The notes under the pieces: model-generated
Databases searched by the model: none
Seen by the model: the letters and a program-made list of their open reading frames with translations, nothing else
What the model was told of the DNA's origin: nothing
Source of the DNA: Sarea resinae
Taxonomy: Eukaryota
Length of the DNA: 64,000 nt
NCBI GenBank assembly: GCA_026026165.1
Contig: JAPEUD010000021.1
Span: 1-64,000, forward strand
Direction of reading: 5' to 3'
Translations under genes and position numbers: made by a program
Shown: in pieces, positions 35,826-45,801 of the stretch
How the letters are laid out: every line of letters begins with the position of its first letter
How positions within the stretch are numbered: position 1 is the first letter of the stretch

Positions 35826-38800
35826 CTAGGCCCCAGCAATCCTGAGGGTCCCTTGCACCCTCACGGCGTTTGCCCCGAGAAGCTTCAGGACATCGGCCAT
35901 AGGGCAGGGTTTGTTGGGTACCCTCTTGCTCATGGTCGGCTCGTGGCTGACGGTGATGAACACTTCCCGTGCCCTTGATGTGGCGACATTGATGCGGCGG
36001 GGGTGGTGGAGGAAACCTAGGGTGTCATCGGCACGGACGAAGCTGAATACAGGACTTGAGCTTCGGAGCCTTGGAACTTTTCTCTGGTCTCAACCTGCGA
36101 CGTCCAGCCATGCTCGGCCCGTATCGTCCTCAACAGGTCGACCTGATCCCGGTACGGGGTCAGGTCGACCACCTCGGCCGGCGCAATGCCCATCTTCATC
36201 AGTCCCTGCACTATAGTTGACACTACTAGTGCTTCTCGTCGAATGGAGACTATAGTGTTGATGGCATGCTGACCCTCGTGCACGTTGAAGACGTACTTGG
36301 TCGAGTTGAGGCTGAAGGCCCGGCCGGAGTCGTCGAAGAAGTTGACCGTGAGAGCGATCTCGCAGAACCGAGCGCTGAAGGGCCGGTCGACGCTCGTTGG
36401 GAAGGGGATGATGCGACCATCGTAGAACCGGACGCTGGTATGCGTGGCCAGCTCCTTATGCGCCTGGTACTGGATCCTTACCAGGGCGTAAGGCCAGCCC
36501 GAGTCGATCATCCGCTCTATCGGGGTCACATCCCATGCGCGGCTGCCCTCACCGATGATCATGACCGGACCATTCTGCTTGTAGTCGCCCGTGAAGTATG
36601 CGGCCCGGAGAGAAGGCTGCGACAGGATTGGCAGCAGACTGTCTGGGTCCTTTGCCGAAACGACCTCGTCAACGATGAGATAGTCCGCCTTGAACTTCCT
36701 CAGGAGCTTCAGGCCCAAGTTCGTACAGGTGCCGAACAAGACCTGAGTGCCCTCCAGCACCATTTCGTCGAGGGTGACCGACTGCCCTATCTGTTATCTC
36801 TATCAAAGTTTAAGTCTCTCTTTCTGATTATTTTCTACGCCCTGTCCCTGCAGTGTAGCCTCGCACTAGTTTCATAAGATTATTCGCTGTTATTAATGTT
36901 CCCAACCAGAATTAGTATTAGGAAAGATGTATTGCACAACAACCACAGAATAATTGACTTTTATAATCTTCTTGTCCTTTCCCTTTTGTAGAGTAGTAGT
37001 GTCTAACTCTTCTTAGTTTATTTTTTAGTTCTTAGAGTATTATATTAGAAGTAGTTACAACAGGCATTTTAAATGAAACTACTTACATCCTAGGCTTTTA
37101 GAAGAAAGTCTACGCTCTTTAGCTTCTCTCTTTCCTCTCTTATAGAGATTTTGTTAATAATATTATAGACATGTATAACAGCCTCTAGCTTATAGCTGTA
37201 TCTCTGTAGAAATTGTATTATAGCCTAGTTACGTTCACTAAGCAAGAGTGATTTTTCCGAAACGCTTTTATTAAACATACCTTTTGTAGAGCATAACCCT
37301 TGTAGGAGTCTGCTATTTTGGAAGGAAGTTAGGTAGTGCAGTGGTCTAAGAGTTAAGTGCCCGCTCGCTCCCGTCTTGGGTCGAGACAAGTCCGTCAGTC
37401 TCTCGATCCCGGACAGATATGGAGCCCATTGGACGGGGCTGAGATAAGCGATCCTCAGCCTCAGCGCATCCAGATCGGACGGGGTGCTCGACATGTTTAC
37501 CTGAAGCCCACGAGCCACACGTCGCCGTATGATCTGGCTCTAATAGTGGACGCGAAACGCCTTGAATGGCACATTGTACCGCCTCAAGCAGGTGGCACAC
37601 TTATGCTTGGCAATTTCTATGGCTGCAACATACCTATTGCTAAATTTAATATCACATCTTTTGTAGCTTCCTCCTTATTAGCTTCTTGATTCAATCATCT
37701 ATAGGTAGGACTCTAGTATAAGCTATAGTCAGACTTGTCTTCTGTATTTCAAGATATCTTGCGGTCGAGTCTAATCAGGATTAGCTAGGCAAAGGACACT
37801 ATTTACGTTAACGATTCCATGACCTTTACTTAAGTCGTCTGTTGCAAAATTATAAGGCTAGGGTAGATCCTGTAGGCAGCTTCTTTTTCTGCCTTTGCTA
37901 GTCGTCGACAACTTTCTCGCCGCGTCGGCGTGTCGATCGGCAGTAGGGTCGGCGAAGTCGACGGTGACATGGATCCCCTCTTGCACAAGGCCGTCGTATT
38001 TCTGCACGTCGACTCTATCTTCGACGATGCCGACGACTGATCCAGAGAAGGGCAACTCCGACTCGACCCGAACGCCAAGAACATCTTCGCCATCGTCGGC
38101 ATCGGGCTCAGGGTTCGTGAGCCGGATTCGCTGGCCGGAACTGATATCCCAGGCCCCCGTAGCTGCTTGCACCGGTTCGATCTGCGCCACGATGAACCCA
38201 CGATACGCGTGGTAGCGGACGGTGCAGCACTCACGCTCTTGACCGTTCAGCCTCTCTTTTGCGGCCTTTGACTCTGCAGAGATCGCGTCGAGATTCATCT
38301 TAATGTACTCTCGGAGGTGTCGTTAGCTCATGAACTTTTTATCCGACACCTCTAGGAGAGGGTCCGCGGCGATGTACTTGTCTGCGAGTCGAATACGCAA
38401 GCCGTCATACTCCCGAATTTTCTTGCATGCGGGAATGTGTTCGGGTCGGAGCAAGCGAAGGCAATCTGGTCGGCCTGGTGGGAAACCTGGTCCGTATTGC
38501 GGGATCTTGCCGCCGTGTACGCATTGGGCTTGACGCTGAACGTGAACTCGGTCATGTTGTCAACGGTCCGGTGCTCGTACTCGATCTTCTCCCACTTGAA
38601 CACGACGCCGTATTTGACCGAGCTGGATTCGCCCTTTGGACTCACGCGCGATTGCCATATCGAGAGCTCTGGGTGAAGGGTCATCCTAGCATTGAAACCT
38701 GTTGGCGTTTCTTCAGGCAACTCCCCATCTCTTTTCCGAAGCATGAACCATAGTCGATCTTCGTCGCGGGCGTCGTTCGCCTCAGTAGAAAAGAGTACCC

Positions 38801-38846
38801 AAATGGGCAAAGCCTTCAACTTCTGGAGTTTCAGTGGTAGCACCAT
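35826..38846 (-). pseudogene. Upf1/DNA2/Nam7-like superfamily 1 helicase gene (copy B), fragmented
   Basis: Motifs LIVDE (II), GDYKQ (III), IQYQAH and FYDG (IV), LTPYRDQ, KFQGSE (V) and, after a frameshift near 36050, RRINVATSRAR (VI). N-terminus MVLPLKLQKLKALPI at 38846. Walker A was not found; AT-rich tracts interrupt the gene at about 36790-37340 and 37600-37890. Confidence 0.8.
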
Positions 38847-38875
38847 GACGAAAGCGTTGGAGGGTCGGGAGAATG

Positions 38876-39159
38876 GAAATTGCGAGCGTTACTCAGAGAC
38901 ATGGCCACAAACAGCTAACCAGGGAGGAGAAACACTGACATGAAACTGCGAGAGTCACGAGGACTTCATAGACAAAGGAACAAGAGAAAAAGAGGAACAC
39001 ACACAACACTTCGGGAGTACGATCACACGAAACTGCGAAAGCCGAAAAGTTTTACAATCAAGAGAGAGAAAAAGAAGGTAGACACAGTGAAGTACGCTGA
39101 TCTCAGAGATGAACAACAGAGAAGAGATCGAAACTGCGGAAGCCGAAAGACCCTACACA
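38876..39159 (-). repeat. Array of 4 partly degenerate stem-loop repeats upstream of helicase copy B
   Basis: Plus-strand units GAAA(C/T)TGCG...CACA/CATA/TACA at 38876-38909, 38941-38970, 39028-39056 and 39129-39159. Confidence 0.8.
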
Positions 39160-39540
39160 GACGACGACGAAGTAAGATAGGTCAAGGGAGAGACAAGCCA
39201 GATATCTGCGCGCCCGGGGTCCCATGACGCATTCTACACGAAAACAGCACATATCATCGCACCTCTAGCGTGACCGCACCCACGAGATGTTGCTTGTCAT
39301 TACGCTCCTGTGTTCCGACACCACATTTTCAACTGCCCGACGTATTCTTTCCCACCTAGCTACTAAAGGCATGATATGTAGCAGCTTGTCAATTTGTCTG
39401 GCCTTCAGCTGTCAATGCCGGTACTGATCCAGTGTCGCTCGGCACTCCTGCAAGCTTAGTTGATGTGGGTCGAGGGCGATCTTTAGTTAGACCGTTAGTG
39501 AATGACTTTTCGTTCCCTATAATGCTTGCTTCTGCTACAA

Positions 39541-39843
39541 TCAGTATAGAAAACCAAATTGGTAGCTGGCAAAGCTCAAGGTCGGTTTGACTCTCGCGGC
39601 TTTTGCTTTGAGCAGCTGCATGACGTCGGCCATAGGGCAGGCCTTGTTAGGAACCCTCTTGTTCATGGTTGCGCGTGAATAGTAAGCTATCGGCGCGGAA
39701 AATGTTGAACACGATACTTCCCATCTTGTTTCAAGCGTGTACCATGTCCGATCGTCGTTGGCGACATCGTCCGTACCCGTAGAGAAGACGATTGTGATGG
39801 GCAAGTTCTTCAGCTTCTGAAAATTCAGTGGTGGGACCGACAT
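39541..39843 (-). CDS. 100-aa internally deleted mini paralog of the helicase gene (copy A)
   Basis: N-terminus PLNFQKLKNLPITIVFST..DDRTW matches copy B PLKLQKLKALPIWVLFST..EDRLW; C-terminus TMNKRVPNKACPMADVMQLL matches copy B TMSKRVPNKPCPMADVLKLL. Confidence 0.7.
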   Translation of the reverse strand: MSVPPLNFQKLKNLPITIVFSTGTDDVANDDRTWYTLETRWEVSCSTFSAPIAYYSRATMNKRVPNKACPMADVMQLLKAKAARVKPTLSFASYQFGFLY

Positions 39844-39866
39844 CGCGAAGGTATTGAAAGGGGTAT

Positions 39867-40198
39867 CGAATTGCTGCTGCGAGCGTCACCAAGAGCCTCA
39901 CAAAGCAATAATCGAGGATATAAACACTTACACGAAACTGCGAAGCCCAAAGGCCCCACAGACGAACGGGGTTTAATAAACGCACACGAAACTGCAAAGC
40001 TTAAAGACCCCACAAACAAACTGGAGGGTGATGACACACACGAAACTGCGAAGCCTAAAGGCCTCACAGGTAACGAGAAACTGATGGTCTAGAAACTTGC
40101 GTAGAGTAAATGAGAACTGCGAAAGTCACTAGAACCTCACACCAAACAATTGTGAAGGTGAAATACACGAAACTGCGAAAGTGACTGATGACCTCACA
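39867..40198 (-). repeat. Array of 6 stem-loop repeats with unique spacers upstream of helicase copy A
   Basis: Plus-strand CGAAACTGC...CC(T/C)CACA units at 39867 (degenerate), 39933, 39987, 40041, 40113 and 40168; period 54-55 nt for most units. Confidence 0.92.
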
Positions 40199-42444
40199 AA
40201 CAAACGAACCGGGAAGGTGAGGAAGAGAGTTTCTTGGAAGAGAGTTGATAGTGGAACGGTAAGAAAATCAGGTTTCTGTGACGAAGACTCGCGTACTTAT
40301 AGAGAGGCGACGTAATCACTCTCAAGAAGTAGGTGTGAAATTAGTGTGATTTTTAGGAGTGTTCTCTCTGCGAAACTCTTGCTCTGCTACTATACTCTAT
40401 CTTTTCGAAGAGTATAGTTTAGAAAAGAGCTTTCTCTATTGTTAAATTTGAATCTCTTGAAATTAGAACAGTAGTCGTATAAGTTTGTTAGGGTACTCTG
40501 CAGCAGTAAGATTATAACAAATATAGAAGTAATAAGCTCTAGGCTTGTTAAGACTATTTACTCAAGAATGGTAGTAAAGCAATTGTAGTGTATTTATGCT
40601 TCGTTCTTATAGAGGATTTCTTAGTCCTGCTTGAAATTGGTCGCTCGAGAAGGCAGCAAAGAGATTTGGTCGTGTCGTAAGACACGGCGACAGGCCGTAG
40701 ATAGTAGATAGTATATCGATCGTAATGTCGGAATCTTATATTTATACTGTGACCTGGCTCTATTACAGGCACTGTATTGCCAGCACTAAATCGTTCGCGA
40801 ATTCAGCACAGTCTGCAGAGCCAGCTAGGTAGTCTGTAGAATAGTGTGTTAGTATATTTCTATCGTGAGAGACCGGCCCCCTGGTTATAGCTGATGTCCG
40901 ACAGAAAGTGAACAGGTAAGTGAATGCTTATAGATAAAGTTTCTACTCGGCAGAGGTGAATGCCTGTGGGCGTAGAACTGCATTCACCGTGAAAGCCGAG
41001 TGGAAAAAAGATAAGGATGACATAGAGACAGCCGTTACAGCTGTTGCGAATCAATGAGCTCTTTCTGGCGCTTGAGCGACTTCTTCTCGAATATAAGCAA
41101 GACTCTAGCTTTAGCCTCTCGAGTCACCAAATCGTGCCAGAAAAGCACTGCAGAGAGGACGCGAGGGATCGAGCATCTTGCTAGATTCTCATAAGTCGTA
41201 GATAGCATCCTTCAACTTCTCAATCCAGGGCTCCCAAAACCCTCGAGGGCCTAGTGTCGCTGCTTAAGGTCAGCAGCTATGCATGCGAGAGAATGGCTGT
41301 ACTAACTGCATTATTCTACTCGAAGCATGCTCTAGCTTATTTGATGTGATCGTCGATGACAAGGGCTTACCAGTGGTTTATCAAGGAATGGTTGACAAGA
41401 GGTGGCTAACTGAGGAGGACGTTCCTTGCTTCGTTGATTCAAAGAGTCTGAATATAATTCATAAGAGGTTGCGTGAAAAAGAAAGAGAAAGCAGATTAAG
41501 CAGATTAAGCAGATATTTATATCTGCTGGTGTTCGGTTAGGCAACAGGCAATTCATTGTAGAACTAGTGGGGGAATCAACTTTCAGAAAGGGAAGTGACG
41601 GTGACTCGACTGGAAAAAGAAGCTTCACTGAGAAATAGCGTGTCAGAAGGGAGTGTGTATGATGTAGCATCTTAAAAGAGAACTTGTGTAATGCGTGGAA
41701 GGTAGATGAATGCCCCGACTTAGAGGATACAATGGCCATGTCAGCATTTCTGGCTCTGGACCGTGGCATGTTGCTCGGGTGAAGTAGCTCGTGGAGTTAT
41801 ATCGGGTTATATCCCAGCGAATTGTAATGCTCAAGGAATGTATTGCACCACTGGAACACATCGCGATACGTCAGCATTTGATATCTTCATCCAGCCAAGC
41901 TCTCCAAATTAGTCAGCAGTTGAGTTCAGGACGTGCCAGTATTACAACACGATCCCTTTCCGCCGCGTTTGCACTCGACAATCCGAGCACCGCTTCACTC
42001 ATAGGATCTACGAGCTTTGCGAGCATCCCCGACCTAAGGGGACCTTTCGTCATTGCAAAAAAGAACTAACCCAACGCAAAGATAATGTCGGTATCGGATC
42101 GATGACGAAGGGAGGGGCTTGTGAGGCATGTCTACACAAAGCAAACAAGCCAGCAAAGGAGCGAAAGTCGGAGATCTGTGTATGGCCGCTCTTTCAGCTT
42201 ATTAGAAGGCATTCTGATCATTCAAGACTGATGTGGAGGGCTCGTTGTTGGACATGCTGGCGGGGGTCTAGTCCCTCTGGTCAGTCTTCAGCGTATCGGA
42301 TACTCCATTGTCGTCGCTAGTCTTCTCATGGCATCCTTCAATAGCTATACCTTCGAATACAAGGATATTTCTAGCGAGTTACGTTAGTCTTCATCCCATT
42401 GACTGTAATATCTATCTGCTTACTTCTCCATGGCTAAATCAGAT

Positions 42445-43320
42445 TCAATCAGGCTGCCGTCCCAGCAACGAGGTGAGAGCATACACGAGTTTGAGGACCT
42501 GGACCGCAGCGCAGATGGTGAAAGCAGTGGGCAGATGGGGGAGAGGATTCATTAGTTGAGAGGAGCTTGGTTGTGATTGGATCCCCGATATTAGATTCCC
42601 CTCTTCCAGGGCCGCCTGGCGAATACACTCGAGATCGGTGATGACTTCTGCCACTGATTTGTAGACGGCCGCCCAGCATTTATCAATGTGATCCTTGAGC
42701 AAAAGCCGCTCTGCGCGTGGAAAGATGCCAGCTCTGAAGAGTCCTTGAACCTTGTCACCAGAAGCTTTGTCGTGATGTGGTCGTTGGGCGGTGGAGATTT
42801 CGTAGAGCACAGAGCCCAGTGCAAATATTTCGGAGCGTATAGAAACCTCGTCATCGTGAGGATATCGAGTCCGCGCGTCGTAGGCCACCATTGCTTCCTG
42901 GCCGTCAATCGAGGATCCCGCAAAATCGCAGAACTTTACATCATCATGCGGATCGACGAGGAGATTATGGCATCCGATGTCAATCTGCAAAACCGCGTTC
43001 TCGTGCATGTATTGTAGCCCTTCGGCCACCTGGATCGCCCATTGGAGGATGAGATGCGTCGAGACCGCTCCATTGCAGTCTTGATTTCGCTTGCGGAGTT
43101 GGCATTCCAGTCTTTCTAGCATGATGCCCTTCTCGTTTGACCCCAGAGATTTGACGATCCGCGGATGCAAACCCAATCGGGCGTAGATCCTCGTCTCGAT
43201 GTCCATGCTCTTTCGGCCCCAGTCATGCGGCAGATGCATCTTGAAAACGCGCTTTGCGTCTAAAGCGTAGACGATCCCGGAAGCACCAACACCTATGGAG
43301 TAGGGTTACTTTTCCGGCAT
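42445..43320 (-). pseudogene. Protein-kinase-like gene with a stop at codon 5
   Basis: MPEK*PYSIGVGASGIVY (Gly-rich loop), VFK, HPRIV, QIDIGCHNLLV (variant catalytic loop), DFAG, IFALGSVLYEI. Confidence 0.75.
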
Positions 43321-43745
43321 ACTGAGAGAGGTGGTGGAATGAGACGAGCCCCTGATGTTGTGAGATGGCTGCCGATCTCGAGGCACCGGGTCTCCAGCAG
43401 ACAGCGCTCGCTAAAAGTCTTCAGAAACAACGTTTGCTCCAAGTCATACTGATTCACTCGATCCGCGGCGAATGTAAGTGGGTTTGTACTTACACCTGGG
43501 TGCACTGCAGCATGGGTGGTGCATTTGTATTATCAATGATCACAGTTTAGCTGGTCAAGACACGAGGCATCATGAGAGCACATGTACATTGAGGCGAGAG
43601 CACAGTCAGTGGACTCGTTCAGCAGGCTCAATTGAGATGATAAGTTAAATATCACGAGACGAGATGAAAGCATCGTGATGCTCGCCCAAAGTTCCTCGAG
43701 CGCTTATTCTCTGACTCGGCTATAAGCACAGCTTCTTCGAGACCC

Positions 43746-44642
43746 TCATAGAGATAGCATATGACGACCGGTGGAAACCTCCAAGGCACATGCTATGATA
43801 GCATAAGTCTCAGAGTCTCGGGACAAGACTTGCCCGTCAACTAGAATCTCATCGTCCGACCGCCGCTGACGACTCGGATAATGGTTTCCGTTTCTGGTTG
43901 GAGTACACTTGACGCTGAAATGACGGTCTGGTTGAGGGGTCGTACATTTTAGTGCAATGATGCCGGGAGCATTCGGTCGTGGCCCGTCTGCATAAGGCGC
44001 GTATTCTGGGGTCGCGAGCCAATCGGTGGCGGTAGATTGCCAGTCCTGCAAGTCCTGCGGCAGCCAAGCGGGGTTCTCGACAAGGACGGTCGAAAGGACA
44101 TCGGGCATCTCAAACTCAGTCAGAACTTCCTGGTGAAGTTGCGTAGCTGTCAATGCGAATATATGCTGAACGCCCAGGTCCAGAGTAGCCTGGGCGAACT
44201 TTGCGACGAAGTCTGCGTGCGCACTCAGATCTTCTCCCGGTACGGTAGTGTACTCGTATGCAGCCATTTCCCCGCTGGAAGATGCCTTGAAGTACAAGCC
44301 TCGCATATCTGGACAGTCCGCTGGCTTGCGAGGGCTACTGAGGACAAATTCGGGATGATTGTGACCCCGAACGATCTCGTAGACCATGACCCGTCCATGC
44401 GGAATGTCAAAATGCTTGTGAATCAGGTGAACGGAAAAGTGTTGAGCAAGGCCATGGGAGGCAATGAGACCAAGAAGCTGAGCATGAGCTTCGACGTTCT
44501 TGGCTGCTGCATCTCTCATCGAGTCGATGTGGGGAAGTCCATTGTACAGGGAGGCAGATAACGGCACCTCGATGAGGTGAGTGTTGTTCAGACCGTTATC
44601 GGTAGGATGCATCTTCGATGAAGCTGAAATGATGCCGTGCAT
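43746..44642 (-). CDS. Hypothetical protein
   Basis: Intact 298-aa ORF with globular composition and a His-rich FSVHLIHKHFD motif; no family assigned. Confidence 0.6.
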   Translation of the reverse strand: MHGIISASSKMHPTDNGLNNTHLIEVPLSASLYNGLPHIDSMRDAAAKNVEAHAQLLGLIASHGLAQHFSVHLIHKHFDIPHGRVMVYEIVRGHNHPEFVLSSPRKPADCPDMRGLYFKASSSGEMAAYEYTTVPGEDLSAHADFVAKFAQATLDLGVQHIFALTATQLHQEVLTEFEMPDVLSTVLVENPAWLPQDLQDWQSTATDWLATPEYAPYADGPRPNAPGIIALKCTTPQPDRHFSVKCTPTRNGNHYPSRQRRSDDEILVDGQVLSRDSETYAIIACALEVSTGRHMLSL

Positions 44643-45801
44643 AGTAAAGCATGATTGGGAAGATAGGTGACCAACACCCCCTACACAGGTCTTACCGCCC
44701 GCGCCGTCCGGTCGTCCGACGCGGACCCTATGATCAGTCAGTCAGTCCTTGGTGTCCACTTACGATCCCGTACAGCGTTCGAATTCTGGTTCACGTGCAC
44801 ATATACAGTCTTGCCATGTTCAGGATATAGATGTGCAGAGAAGGTAGAGGGAGGAGTGTAGATATTGATGACAAGCTAAGCCACTAAATACTACGCCGGG
44901 TTTTCTTACCTTAGTGTTGCACACCTTACTGTTGCACACACGGAGTACTCCCGTCTCGTTCGCGGTCATTGGGATCAGCCGAGCAGATAGACCAGATGCC
45001 AAGTCTCTCCTCGTCGACTCTCCAGCTACTATTGCACGCTACGTATGGCTAGGCCTGACACGCCGGTGGGCTCAATTCGTAGAGTACAGCCTCAAAACAA
45101 CCAGGCAACCGTTGATGGAGGCGCGCGCCAGGAACGTCTGGAATCATGGGCTACAGGGCTAAGCCAGGCTGTGCATATCCAGGCTCCATTGGACTGCACT
45201 AATGAGGGGCGTCTATCAAGTCGCTCGAAGCGCCTTGTTCAGGCACTCTCGTGCGTGTTGTAGGATTGGTGCATCAAATGCATACCCACCGGCGCTCAAC
45301 AAGTTTCGGAAGTCATTTGCTCTGGCATTTCGTCTTGACCCCTACTATTGAACGTAAGTCTTGAGACGATGCTGGACGATGTAGCCGCGCGCGGAGCATT
45401 GGTGGGGTTGACGATGATACGCCTGGATCCTGACGATCTCGGCATATGCACGACCAGTGAAAGTGATCGGTTTGCCGCACGCAACATGAGATACTGCTCT
45501 GGCTCGGCATTAGCCAACCAAAAACGAGAATCCTACCATGGATTCTCAACAGTCTCAGCCTTGCCGCCTCCGCCACGATTTCGAGATGTCCCGTCATCAT
45601 CTGCTTCGTCTGCCTTGTTACCATCCGTTTCGCCTGCCTTTATCGTCTGCTTCGCCTACATTGTTATTTGCTGCTTCGCCCACCTTTTTATCGTCTGCTT
45701 TATCATCTGCATCGTCTGCTTTATGGTCTGCTCGTCTGCGTTCAGACGACTGCATCGTCTGCCTGCTTCGTTCTATCAGATTACTATCCCAACCAAAAAT
45801 C

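Noticed and set aside
35826..38846. Telomere-linked RecQ helicase or Helitron Pif1 helicase
   Set aside because: Motifs GDxxQ, FQGSE and NVAxSRAR are Upf1/DNA2-type, not RecQ or Pif1; no Rep domain seen.
39867..40198. True CRISPR array
   Set aside because: Eukaryotic intron-containing context, no cas genes, degenerate repeats, and the same unit occurs singly upstream of other genes.
40075..40198. Hammerhead ribozyme (CTGATGA and CGAAAC both present on the + strand)
   Set aside because: CTGATGA occurs in only one unit, in its variable loop; no NUH cleavage triplet closes a stem III; G-U pairing favours the opposite strand.
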